From assembly GCA_903903635.1 (NCBI GenBank), contig CAIUZK010000142.1, positions 11,037-75,036 of the forward strand: a stretch of DNA of 64,000 bases, in the 5' to 3' direction. The stretch is from an uncultured Bacteroidota bacterium. GTDB lineage: Bacteria > Bacteroidota > Bacteroidia > Chitinophagales > Chitinophagaceae. The position numbers and the translations under genes were made by a program. The notes below the pieces were generated by a model, which saw only the letters and a program-made list of their open reading frames with translations, did no database searches and was not told where the DNA came from. Shown here one piece after another: positions 1-10,044 of the stretch (position 1 is its first letter; each line of letters opens with the position of its first letter).

Positions 1-98
1 CACATTTTTATTGAACCCCAATAATGAAGCAGATGCAGGAAGCCTGAAATATGCGCCTGATTGACTGTTCGCCTTATCTTTACAAAAAAAACAAACCG

Positions 99-1967
99 GT
101 GTCCGACGTAATCCAATTACTATCAGATCATATTGCAAACCAGATAGCCGCTGGGGAGGTTATTCAGCGCCCGGCCTCAGCCGTTAAGGAATTGCTTGAA
201 AATGCTGTAGATGCAGGAGCAACCGAGATACAACTGGTGATTAAGGATGCAGGTAAAGAACTCATTCAGGTTATTGATAACGGCAAGGGCATGAGCCCCA
301 CCGATGCCCGCATGAGTTTTGAGCGCCACGCCACATCCAAGATAAAAAGTATAGAAGACCTGTTTACTATTCGCACCATGGGCTTCAGGGGCGAGGCGCT
401 GGCCTCTATTGCCGCTGTAACCCAGGTAGAACTGAAAACCCGCCAGGCAACCAATGATGCCGGCAGCCGCATCCTGATTGAGGGTACCGAGGTTAAGCTG
501 CAGGAGCCTTGCGCCGTTAATCCGGGCACCAATATCAGCGTCAAAAACCTGTTTTATAATGTGCCGGCCCGTCGTCATTTCCTCAAAAGCACTACTACCG
601 AGCTAAGACATATCCTTGATGAGTTTACCCGTGTAGCGCTGGCATACCCTGCTGTCGGTTTCCGGTTCTGGAACAATGGTACAGAACAGTTTCACCTTGA
701 GCCCGGCAACTTAAAGGCCCGCATAGTCGGGCTGCTGGGCAACAGTTACCAGAAAAACCTGGTTCCGGTTGAGGAGAACACCGACCTGCTCAATATTTAT
801 GGTTTTATAGGCAAGCCCGAAGCTGCTACACGCACCAGAGGCATGCAGTTTTTCTTTATCAATGGCCGTTTTATCCGCAATCATTACCTGCACCATGCCG
901 TAGTACAGGCATACGATGGCCTGCTCGAAAAAGAAAGCTTTCCCTTTTATGTCCTTTTTATGGATGTAGACCCATCGAGGGTGGACGTAAACGTGCACCC
1001 CACCAAGCAGGAAGTAAAATTTGAAGATGACCGGCTCATGTATTCCTATCTTATGGCGGCTATAAAGCACTCATTGGCCCGCTACAATATTGCACCCTCT
1101 CTCGATTTCACACTCAATCCCGAGATTCAGCAATTGCCATCGGTGCAGTTGCCCTATACCAATAAACAACGTGAGGAAACCGAAAAAGGATATTTGTACA
1201 ATACTTTCTCCGGCAAAGATCAGGCGCACTTTATTGAGCGTAAAGACAGCCTGAAGCAATGGAAAGAACTATACGAAATAGCCCAGGCGCCTGCGAGTGT
1301 TCATATAGCCACCAACAGCCAGCCGGAGGAGGAAAATACAGACCCTGTTATAATGCCTTCCCAATCGGGCAGACTGAATACCGGGGCAGAAACTGATGGT
1401 AAGGGCAGCAGCAATATGATGTTACTTCATGGCTCATTGCTGGCAACCACCGTAAAATCGGGCATGATGCTCATACACATCCGGCGTGCACAGGAGCGTA
1501 TCTGGTTCGAAAGGCTTTTGGAGGAATGGAATAGTCAGAACACACCCTCCCAGCAGGTACTCTTCCCCATATCCTACGAGCTTTCACCGCAGGATTCTTT
1601 ATTACTCAACGAAGTGCTTGCCGATCTCGCCAGAATAGGATTTGACATTGCCCCATTCGGCAAAAATACTTTTGTAGTGCAGGGTATACCATCTGGTTTA
1701 CTACCCGGCGAAGAAAAATATGTACTCGATGAAGTTGTAGAACACCTCAAGCATGAATCGCCGGATGTAGTTAATAAACGCACCGAACAATTGCTTGCCC
1801 ATATGGCTCGCCGACTCTCCCGCAACAAGCATGCCATTATGCAACCTGAAGGACAGCAGGCACTGATAGATGAGCTCTTTGCCTGTTCACAACCTGAATA
1901 TACTCCTGATGGCAAAAAGGTATTTGTAATGCTGAAAAAGGAAGAGTTGGAGAACATGCTGGGTTAG
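99..1967 (+). CDS. mutL: DNA mismatch repair protein MutL
   Basis: NQIAAGEVIQRPASAVKELLENAVDAG, DNGKGM, GFRGEALASI and DVNVHPTKQEV motifs; C-terminal MutL_C. Likely GTG start at 99 (ORF track starts at 51). Confidence 0.98.
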   Translation: MSDVIQLLSDHIANQIAAGEVIQRPASAVKELLENAVDAGATEIQLVIKDAGKELIQVIDNGKGMSPTDARMSFERHATSKIKSIEDLFTIRTMGFRGEALASIAAVTQVELKTRQATNDAGSRILIEGTEVKLQEPCAVNPGTNISVKNLFYNVPARRHFLKSTTTELRHILDEFTRVALAYPAVGFRFWNNGTEQFHLEPGNLKARIVGLLGNSYQKNLVPVEENTDLLNIYGFIGKPEAATRTRGMQFFFINGRFIRNHYLHHAVVQAYDGLLEKESFPFYVLFMDVDPSRVDVNVHPTKQEVKFEDDRLMYSYLMAAIKHSLARYNIAPSLDFTLNPEIQQLPSVQLPYTNKQREETEKGYLYNTFSGKDQAHFIERKDSLKQWKELYEIAQAPASVHIATNSQPEEENTDPVIMPSQSGRLNTGAETDGKGSSNMMLLHGSLLATTVKSGMMLIHIRRAQERIWFERLLEEWNSQNTPSQQVLFPISYELSPQDSLLLNEVLADLARIGFDIAPFGKNTFVVQGIPSGLLPGEEKYVLDEVVEHLKHESPDVVNKRTEQLLAHMARRLSRNKHAIMQPEGQQALIDELFACSQPEYTPDGKKVFVMLKKEELENMLG

Positions 1968-2112
1968 TCGGTGCTATATTTCAGCCTTTAAGCAACCTGT
2001 TTTTCCAAATCTGATCACATTTATGTATATTAGATTCTCAAGATAGTTGAATCAATACAATAGTAATTGGCTCATTCGGGGTTTAGTGTTTTTACTATAT
2101 TTGCACACTTTT

Positions 2113-3201
2113 ATGTCTCTGCTCAAATTCTACCCGCTTAAAGTAAAGGATGTTCGCCCGGAAACGGCCGATTGCGTATCAGTAGCGTTAAACGTTCCTG
2201 ATGACCTTGCCGATAAATTCAAATTTATTCCGGGCCAGTATGTTACTTTCCGTCACAAAATTGGCAATGAGGAAGTGCGCCGGTCTTATTCTATTTGTTC
2301 GGGCCAGAATGATGGAGAACTGAGGGTGGCTATTAAAAAAGTGGATAACGGACGGTTCTCCACTTATGCCAATGAGGCGCTGAAAGCAGGAGATGTGCTG
2401 GATGTTATGCCACCCACCGGCAATTTCACTATTAAGAACCGAGATTCTAAACGCAAGGAATACCTGGCATTTGTTGCCGGTAGCGGGATTACGCCGATTA
2501 TGAGCATTATTAAATCGGTACTAGAAGGTGATAACGAAAGTTGCTTTACGCTCATCTATGGCAACCGCTCGAAGAACAGCATAATATTCAGGGAAGAATT
2601 GGAAGCGTTGAAAAACAAATACATGCTCCGGCTCCGGCTTTACCATATCATCAGCCGTGAGTATATGGATATTCCTCTTTTCAATGGTCGCATAAATGCG
2701 GCTAAATGTGCTGAGTTTTGCCAATCGCTGGTAGACCTGAAGAACACAGACGAGGCATTTATATGTGGCCCTGAAGAAATGATACTCTCTGTAAGGCAGC
2801 AACTGATAGACCTCGGCATGCCATCCGGCAATGTTCATATTGAGTTGTTCACTTCACCCGATCAGCCTAAGGAAAGCCATGAAAAATGGGTATCCGGCCA
2901 TAAGGAAGATACCGAACACAAGAGCAAGGTCAGCATTACTCTCGATGGTGTCACTTTCGAGATGGATGTGCCTTTCAACGGTGTAAGTATTCTCGATGCT
3001 GCGCTTAAGAGTGGCGCCGATCTGCCCTATGCCTGCAAAGGTGGTGTATGCTGTACCTGCCGCGCCAAAGTACTGGAGGGAGAAGTAGAAATGGAGGTGA
3101 ATTATGCACTGGATGAACATGAGGTGCAGGATGGATATGTACTCACCTGCCAGAGCCACCCCAGAACCGAAAAGGTTGTGATTGATTTTGATGCCCGGTA
3201 A
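2113..3201 (+). CDS. paaE: Phenylacetate-CoA oxygenase reductase subunit PaaE-like (FAD/NAD-binding plus C-terminal 2Fe-2S ferredoxin)
   Basis: RRSYSICS, GSGITP, CGPEEM, and ferredoxin motif YACKGGVCCTC...LTCQ. Likely ATG at 2113. Confidence 0.85.
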   Translation: MSLLKFYPLKVKDVRPETADCVSVALNVPDDLADKFKFIPGQYVTFRHKIGNEEVRRSYSICSGQNDGELRVAIKKVDNGRFSTYANEALKAGDVLDVMPPTGNFTIKNRDSKRKEYLAFVAGSGITPIMSIIKSVLEGDNESCFTLIYGNRSKNSIIFREELEALKNKYMLRLRLYHIISREYMDIPLFNGRINAAKCAEFCQSLVDLKNTDEAFICGPEEMILSVRQQLIDLGMPSGNVHIELFTSPDQPKESHEKWVSGHKEDTEHKSKVSITLDGVTFEMDVPFNGVSILDAALKSGADLPYACKGGVCCTCRAKVLEGEVEMEVNYALDEHEVQDGYVLTCQSHPRTEKVVIDFDAR

Positions 3202-3243
3202 AAGCAGGTCAGAATTTATTCCAAATAAGATTATTTTTGTTTT

Positions 3244-6200
3244 ATGAGTTTATTCCGCGCTGCCTTTTTGCCCGCTTTTGCCCTGGTTTTTTTGGTTTTC
3301 AATGTCATGGCTCAAAAACCCAGGGGAAAACAGGCTGACCCAAATGGCGCTAAAAATAAGTGGATAGACAGTGTGTATAATGCGCTAACTCCTGAAGAAC
3401 GCATTGGCCAGATGTTTATAGTACAGGCTTATTCGGGTGGTAAAAATTATAACGAAGAGCAGGTCGCTAAATTGATTTCTGCCCACCAGGTCGGGGGTAT
3501 CATTTTTTCTCAGGGCGGGCCTGTGCGCCAGGCCGATATGACCAACAGGCTGCAGCATCTTGCCCAGACACCATTGTTTATATCTATGGATGCCGAATGG
3601 GGCCTGGGAATGCGCCTGGACAGTGTGAAACCATTGCCTCGGCAAATGATGATAGGCGCAACCCGTGATACTGCTATTGCCTATCGTATAGGTGCAACTA
3701 TTGCAGCGCAGTGTAAACGTCTTTCTGTAAACATTGACTTTGCACCTGATGTAGATGTTAATAACAATGCACTCAACCCGGTCATTAACTCGCGTTCATT
3801 CGGGGAGGATAAAACCTGGGTGGCTAAACTTGGCCTGGCATTTATGCATGCCCTTCAGTACAATGGGGTAATTGCCTGCGCCAAACACTTCCCTGGCCAT
3901 GGCGATACTAATGTGGATTCTCACAATGACCTCCCTGTTATTCCCAGGTCACTGGCTCAGCTTGATTCTCTTGAACTCTACCCTTTTAAGCAATTGATTG
4001 CCGGTGGCGTGAAGAGTATTATGATTGCCCATCTTGATATACCGGCCCTTGATACTGCAAGCCATGTCTCTGCTACGCTGTCAAAAAACGCGGTAAATCA
4101 ACTTCTGAGAAATAAGCTGGGGTTTAATGGCATCATCATTACCGATGCACTGAATATGCAGGCCGTAACCAAATATTTCCCGAATGGTGAGGCTGAATTG
4201 AGAGCATTTATGGCCGGCAACGATATCCTGCTCATGTCGCAGGATGTGCCTGTGGCTATTACCAGGATAAAAAATGCTATCGACAGTAATCTTGTACCGG
4301 CTAATCAACTGGAACAAAGTGTGAAGCGAATTCTTGCCGCCAAATATGATGCCGGCCTGACTACATGGAAGGATATTAATACCAAAAACCTGACCAATGA
4401 CCTTAACCAGAATGTTGATGCGCTGCGCAACCAGGTTGCAAAGGCTGCGGTTACGCTGGTGAAAGATGATAATCAGGTAATGAGGAAGATCAATGAGAAT
4501 ATGCGTATTGGTTATGTAGGAATTAATGCCACAGGATCTACACCTCTTTATGAGGCTCTTGATGATAAATTCAACAACATTACCCCTCAGTGGCTGGTAA
4601 AAAACTCTACGCTCGACAGCGCGCAGAAAGTACTCGAAAGTCTTGCAAAATATGATGCGGTAATTGTTGCGGTTCATAATCTCAATTTCACACCAGGTAA
4701 CAATTATGGTCTAAGCAATGAGTGCGTTGCATTTCTTCAGTATGCCGGTTGCCGCAATAATGTAATGGTGGTTTTAATGGGCAATGCCTATGCCATGCAG
4801 TATTTTTGCGGAAGTAATTCGGTAATGGTGGGTTATGAAGATGATACAATAACTGAACGTACAGTTGCAGATATTCTGCTCAAAAAAATCAAACCCAAAG
4901 GCAAACTCCCCGTTACTGCCTGTATCAACGGTAAGAGTGTTTGCCCGCTGCCCTCCAGGCTACCCGAAATGGCAAATACACCGGTATATGACCTCCGAAA
5001 AACGCTTTATCCTAAAGAGGCCGGGGTTATTGACCAGAAGTCCCTCGACAGGCTGGATATGTTTATAGCACGGGATATTGCCGATGGTGTTTTTCCCGGA
5101 TGCAGGGTTCTGGCCGCAAAGGACGGAAAGGTTTTTTATGATAAGGCATTCGGATACATGAAGTATGATAAAGAGCAGAGGGTAGATACCAACACGCTCT
5201 ATGATATGGCTTCCTGTACCAAAATACTCTCAACTACTTTATGTGTCATGCGCCTGTATGATCAGGGTAAAATAGACCTTGATAAAACATTGGGCGATTA
5301 TCTGCCCAAGGCCAAAGGAACTAATAAAGCCGGTCTTAAGGTGAGGGATGTATTATTGCACCAGGCCGGTTTGAAAGGATGGATACCTTTTTATAAAGAA
5401 GTTGATGATGATGAAGGCAAGTTGAAACCTGCATTATTCAGGACCACACCTCAGGAGGGTTTTAAGATACCGGTAGCACGTAATGTATACCTGCGCAATG
5501 ATTACATAGATACCATGTGGAATAAAGTTTATGCCAGCAACCTCGACAATGCAGGTAAGTTTTTGTACAGCGATCTCGACTTCTATTTAATGATGGCGCT
5601 GGTGCAGCAGGTAACCGGCAAACCTATTGATAAATATGTGGAGGAAGAATTTTACAAGCCTATGGGCCTGAAAAGGATCACCTACAATCCGCGGAACAAA
5701 TTTGATACCACCCAGATAGCGCCTACCGAATTGGAACTGAGTTTCCGCACACAGGTATTACTGGGCTATGTACACGATCAGGGGGCTGCCCTGCTGGGAG
5801 GTGTTGGTGGCCATGCGGGTATTTTTGCTACGGCGCATGATGTCGCTGCCATATTCCAGATGCTGCTTAATAAAGGCAGCTATGGCGGCAAACGATATTT
5901 TAAGGCATCTACCGTGGATCTGTTTACAGCATATAGCAGTAAGATCAGCCACCGTGGTATAGCTTTTGACAAACCAGCTACCGATATTGATGATGGCGGA
6001 CCTGCAGGCGACCGTGTGAGCGGCTATGCTTTCGGACACCAGGGCTTTACGGGTACTTGTGTCTGGGCTGATCCGGCAACAGGAATTGTTTTTGTGTTTT
6101 TATCCAACCGTGTATATCCATCAGGAAATAATGGCAAGATCAATAAACTGAATGTGCGCACTACTGCCCAGGATTACATTTACGAATCGCTTGGTGTGCC

Positions 6201-6255
6201 GGTAAATCACGACCGGATGAATGTGTATAAGGCACAAATGGGTATAGTGAAGTAG
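3244..6255 (+). CDS. GH3 beta-N-acetylglucosaminidase fused to a beta-lactamase-like serine hydrolase
   Basis: Signal peptide; GH3 motifs DAEWGLGMR, KHFPGHGDT, TDALNM; C-terminal SCTK (SxxK), YSD and GHQGFTG. Confidence 0.92.
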   Translation: MSLFRAAFLPAFALVFLVFNVMAQKPRGKQADPNGAKNKWIDSVYNALTPEERIGQMFIVQAYSGGKNYNEEQVAKLISAHQVGGIIFSQGGPVRQADMTNRLQHLAQTPLFISMDAEWGLGMRLDSVKPLPRQMMIGATRDTAIAYRIGATIAAQCKRLSVNIDFAPDVDVNNNALNPVINSRSFGEDKTWVAKLGLAFMHALQYNGVIACAKHFPGHGDTNVDSHNDLPVIPRSLAQLDSLELYPFKQLIAGGVKSIMIAHLDIPALDTASHVSATLSKNAVNQLLRNKLGFNGIIITDALNMQAVTKYFPNGEAELRAFMAGNDILLMSQDVPVAITRIKNAIDSNLVPANQLEQSVKRILAAKYDAGLTTWKDINTKNLTNDLNQNVDALRNQVAKAAVTLVKDDNQVMRKINENMRIGYVGINATGSTPLYEALDDKFNNITPQWLVKNSTLDSAQKVLESLAKYDAVIVAVHNLNFTPGNNYGLSNECVAFLQYAGCRNNVMVVLMGNAYAMQYFCGSNSVMVGYEDDTITERTVADILLKKIKPKGKLPVTACINGKSVCPLPSRLPEMANTPVYDLRKTLYPKEAGVIDQKSLDRLDMFIARDIADGVFPGCRVLAAKDGKVFYDKAFGYMKYDKEQRVDTNTLYDMASCTKILSTTLCVMRLYDQGKIDLDKTLGDYLPKAKGTNKAGLKVRDVLLHQAGLKGWIPFYKEVDDDEGKLKPALFRTTPQEGFKIPVARNVYLRNDYIDTMWNKVYASNLDNAGKFLYSDLDFYLMMALVQQVTGKPIDKYVEEEFYKPMGLKRITYNPRNKFDTTQIAPTELELSFRTQVLLGYVHDQGAALLGGVGGHAGIFATAHDVAAIFQMLLNKGSYGGKRYFKASTVDLFTAYSSKISHRGIAFDKPATDIDDGGPAGDRVSGYAFGHQGFTGTCVWADPATGIVFVFLSNRVYPSGNNGKINKLNVRTTAQDYIYESLGVPVNHDRMNVYKAQMGIVK

Positions 6256-6401
6256 TTGTACTGTATTTCATTTATTGGTTAGGTCTTGCTAATATGGTAG
6301 TGAGCCAAAATGCTTTCTCCAAAAAGACATTTCCATCAAACAACCCATATCTGAAACTAGCTATAAAAAAAGTCAGGGTTATAGTAGCCCGTAATTGCCT
6401 A

Positions 6402-6947
6402 TTATAATGCACTTATTAATAATAGCGCTATGATTGTAAAAAGTAAGACTGCACTTACCTCAACAATACCAATAACCATACCGGCTATTGCCAATGATCT
6501 GTTTTTCGATTCCCCGATTCCTATTGCTCCGGTAATAATAGCGGCAACACCAGAAAAAAAACTTAGCAGGAACAATGCAAAAAGACCCAGTCCACCGGAA
6601 GCAGCCAATAATAACAATAAAGCATAGGATAAAAGAGAAACACCAGCCAGACCTAATGAAACAACACCCAATGTACCATCTCCGGAATTAGCACGCATTT
6701 TTCTTGCTTTCATTACTTCGCGAACCACTTTAAGTTTACGGAAGAAAGAAAGGTGGCGATGGTCTTTTACTGATGATACGCTTTCGGCTGGTTTGATGTT
6801 ATCAACCGGGATAACAGATGTTGCAGCTACAATGGCTTTTGCCTTTTTGGAAGGTAGTGCAGCCCAACTCTGACCTGCCAGCAGAACGGAACAAAACAGC
6901 AGGATTAAAAATGGCACGAAGGATTTATAGAGAATGGCTTTTTTCAT
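6402..6947 (-). CDS. Hypothetical membrane protein (signal peptide plus C-terminal hydrophobic helices, DUF4190-like)
   Basis: 181-aa ORF; N-terminal signal; hydrophobic C-terminal third with AIAGMVIGIV. Confidence 0.7.
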   Translation of the reverse strand: MKKAILYKSFVPFLILLFCSVLLAGQSWAALPSKKAKAIVAATSVIPVDNIKPAESVSSVKDHRHLSFFRKLKVVREVMKARKMRANSGDGTLGVVSLGLAGVSLLSYALLLLLAASGGLGLFALFLLSFFSGVAAIITGAIGIGESKNRSLAIAGMVIGIVEVSAVLLFTIIALLLISAL

Positions 6948-7075
6948 TTAATAAAGATATTTGGTTTTAGTTACAAAAACTAAATGTACGAAGTAACCAA
7001 TTCACCAGTTTGCGCATCTTCGGATTTAATTGCTCTTTAACATTTACATTAAACACCCTATATTTACAATCAGTT

Positions 7076-7576
7076 ATGGACATCAAAAAATTCAGGGTTA
7101 CAGCAGCCCGTAAAAAGAATTCGCTTTCCCTGTTTCTGGATAAGCTGGATGAAATTGTGCCACATGATATGCCTGAATTAGTAGCCCGACTGGATGCCGA
7201 AATGTGGAAGGATGTGAATTGCCAGGAGTGCGCCAACTGCTGCAAAACCATGACACCAACTTTTACACCTAAAGATGTAAAAAGGATAGCGGCCCACCTG
7301 GATATGAAGCCCAAAGAATTCAGGGACAAATGGTTGAAAAAGGAAACAGATTCGGAGGACTGGGTAAATAGTACACAGCCATGCCAGTTTCTGGTAAACA
7401 ACAAATGTTCTATTTATGAGGTTCGGCCGGCCGATTGTGCTGAGTTTCCGCACCATAACAAGAAACCTTTTGATGCCTACAACGATACCTTTAAAAACAA
7501 TCTCATTCACTGCCCTGCCACCCTGATTTTAATAGACCGCATGAAGAAAGTAGTAGAGCGGGAGTATGAATGGTAA
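7076..7576 (+). CDS. YkgJ family cysteine cluster protein
   Basis: CQECANCC, PCQFL, CSIYEVRPADCAEFP. Likely ATG at 7076 after a TATATTTAC promoter box. Confidence 0.9.
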   Translation: MDIKKFRVTAARKKNSLSLFLDKLDEIVPHDMPELVARLDAEMWKDVNCQECANCCKTMTPTFTPKDVKRIAAHLDMKPKEFRDKWLKKETDSEDWVNSTQPCQFLVNNKCSIYEVRPADCAEFPHHNKKPFDAYNDTFKNNLIHCPATLILIDRMKKVVEREYEW

Positions 7577-7663
7577 GGAACGATGACTAAATAGCATTCA
7601 ATTTTTCTCATAATACCTAACTTTGCGGTTGGATAATAAATCGTAGAGGCTAATTGATCTGAA

Positions 7664-8599
7664 ATGGCATTAAGGATACGCAATGCATATGATACAATAG
7701 TTGAGACCTGCATTGAGTTCTCGGACGACCATGCTACCAAGCATAGCGCCTCACTGGCCTACTTTACCCTATTCTCGATAGGGCCCTTGCTGCTGGTGCT
7801 TATTACATTGCTGGGTTTCTTTTATAAAAAGCCCTATGTAACAACAGAACTTTTCGATCAGTTGGGAGGAGTAATTGGTAGTACCGGCGCAAAAGAACTA
7901 CAGGTGATTTTGGAAAACATCAGCCACCAGAATCATTCAACACTATTTGGCATAGCAGGTGGTGTAATACTGGTATTTGGAGCTACAGGAATATTCACCG
8001 AAATGCAAAGCTCCATAAACTGGATGTGGTCTATCAAGGCAATACCAAAGAGAAGCTGGCTTAAGTATATTACAGACCGGCTATTATCTTTTGTAATAGT
8101 GCTGGGCATGGGGCTACTGCTGTTTGTAGCATTACTTGTGAATGTGGTTATTGATTTCATTTACCGTCATCTGCATAATTTTCCCGGACACATCAACGCA
8201 TGGATGCTTAAAGCCACCAATATCGGGGTATTGTTTTTTATGGTTACGCTGATATTCTGGATCATTTTCAAAGTACTGCCGGATGCGCGCATCCATTGGA
8301 AAGATGCACTGGTGGGGGCTGTCTTTACGGGTGTTCTATTTCTTATCGGCAAATTTCTTATCAGCTATTATCTGGGTATTGCCCGCAGCATAAGCGCCTA
8401 TGGCGCCGCGGCCTCCATCATTCTGCTGCTATCGTGGATCTATTATTCCAGCCTCATTGTTTATTTTGGCGCTGAGTTTACCGATGTCTATGCCCGCAGA
8501 TGGGGCAGGGGTATAACAGTGAACGATAATGCCGTATTCATCATCAAACGAGAAGCTAAAGAGCTGCCGAATCTTAAGCATCCTGTTCAGGAGAATTGA
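7664..8599 (+). CDS. YihY/virulence factor BrkB family membrane protein
   Basis: ASLAYFTLFSIGPLL, YGAAASIILLLSWIYYSSLIVYFGAEF. Confidence 0.92.
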   Translation: MALRIRNAYDTIVETCIEFSDDHATKHSASLAYFTLFSIGPLLLVLITLLGFFYKKPYVTTELFDQLGGVIGSTGAKELQVILENISHQNHSTLFGIAGGVILVFGATGIFTEMQSSINWMWSIKAIPKRSWLKYITDRLLSFVIVLGMGLLLFVALLVNVVIDFIYRHLHNFPGHINAWMLKATNIGVLFFMVTLIFWIIFKVLPDARIHWKDALVGAVFTGVLFLIGKFLISYYLGIARSISAYGAAASIILLLSWIYYSSLIVYFGAEFTDVYARRWGRGITVNDNAVFIIKREAKELPNLKHPVQEN

Positions 8600-8692
8600 G
8601 GAGCAGAGATAATGGGGTTACTATAAATTTATTCAGGATTGAAATACAGCGTGTTTTTTGCCAAGGGCAAACTGTAGCTATTAAGACGGATC

Positions 8693-9961
8693 TCAATTTT
8701 TAGCCGGATCCTTTAATGCATCTAAATACATGTTGCGCTCAGTTTCAATGTTTGCCTTCCATGTATAAAAGGTATCAACGAATTGCCTGGCCCTGGCACC
8801 AACGGTTTTTTCGTTATCAGCATACCATCTGAGCGTTTCCGCAACTTCTGTATCCATTTCTTTCCGGGTGGCTTTACCAGCCAGTTTTACAACAAAACCA
8901 ATTTTATACTTGTCCAGATAATCGCCAATTTCACCAGTGCCTTCTTCCAGAATAACAGGTAACCCGGCACTTAGATATTCACCGAATTTTACGGGCTGAT
9001 AAAAATCCTTAAGGTCTGAGGGAACACGGAATAAAATACCCATATCCATAGCGCTAAGATAGTCGCCCACCAGGTCTTGAGATACACTCAATAACCGGAC
9101 CTTGTCCATATCAATATTACCGGCCTGAAGCATGGCTTCCATCTTTCCTTTATTCTGCGTGATAAACACACCAACCGCTCTATCGGATTGGGCTATTGCA
9201 GACTTAAAGAATGGTATTACCATTTCTTCAAGGTTCTGATATTTCTGGGTACCACCCAGATATAATAAGGCAATTTTGTTTTCCAGATTAAGTTCCTTTC
9301 TTATTTTGTCCCTGTTAGCGCCGGGAATAGTTTCTTTTACACAGCAGGGAATAACAACAGTAGATTCACTTGCATTATCGTGCCGTATCAGGTAGTTACG
9401 AAGTGGCCTGCTTACGGTGCATACCCGGTCGGCAAGAGCCATAGCGCTTTGAAGCCTGTTTTTGTAATGACCATATCTTTCCTTTTGATCCGCAGTCATG
9501 TCCTTTATGAAATAAATATCCTCATCCACGAATTTCTCCATGGGCCAATATCCCCTTATGTCCAAAATGAATCTATCCTGAGGAAAAAGTTTCCTCAATA
9601 ATATTGTTTCGTATAAACTTGATTCACCTCTGCAATGATATACAACTCTTCCTTTGATGCTGTTCCTGAATTTTTTTAATAGCGCCTTCCGGGGCCAGTT
9701 ATTAATCCTTCCTATACCTCCTACCAATTTTATCTGCACATCCGGGCAACGGCTTCTGAGTTTGTCGATAATGATTTTTGAATTTTTATCAAAGTAAGCC
9801 TCCCGCATTGGTAATATGATCCACACCTGCACGGAATCGGGCTTGCCAGAACCTTGTATTGTTGCTTCCATCTGGGCTCTCTCAAACACCTGAGTTGCCA
9901 GCAATGGCGCTTTATATTCGCCACTTGTAATAATGTGCACAAGTGAATATCCGGTTTCCAT
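8693..9961 (-). CDS. Glycosyltransferase (GT-B fold, family 4-like)
   Basis: YLGGT, DYLSAMDMGILFR, PVKFGEYLSAGLPVI nucleotide-sugar binding motif. Confidence 0.8.
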   Translation of the reverse strand: METGYSLVHIITSGEYKAPLLATQVFERAQMEATIQGSGKPDSVQVWIILPMREAYFDKNSKIIIDKLRSRCPDVQIKLVGGIGRINNWPRKALLKKFRNSIKGRVVYHCRGESSLYETILLRKLFPQDRFILDIRGYWPMEKFVDEDIYFIKDMTADQKERYGHYKNRLQSAMALADRVCTVSRPLRNYLIRHDNASESTVVIPCCVKETIPGANRDKIRKELNLENKIALLYLGGTQKYQNLEEMVIPFFKSAIAQSDRAVGVFITQNKGKMEAMLQAGNIDMDKVRLLSVSQDLVGDYLSAMDMGILFRVPSDLKDFYQPVKFGEYLSAGLPVILEEGTGEIGDYLDKYKIGFVVKLAGKATRKEMDTEVAETLRWYADNEKTVGARARQFVDTFYTWKANIETERNMYLDALKDPAKN

Positions 9962-10044
9962 TATTGTATCTTAAGCCTCCTGATTATTATTGTAAATCGT
10001 TCTGTTTTTTGAGCTTCTGTTGTATTTATATTACTGTTTACAGA

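Noticed and set aside
3244-6255. GH3 plus beta-lactamase-like fusion as a novelty or resistance gene
   Set aside because: A common Bacteroidota architecture linked to peptidoglycan or GlcNAc turnover; no evidence for antibiotic resistance.
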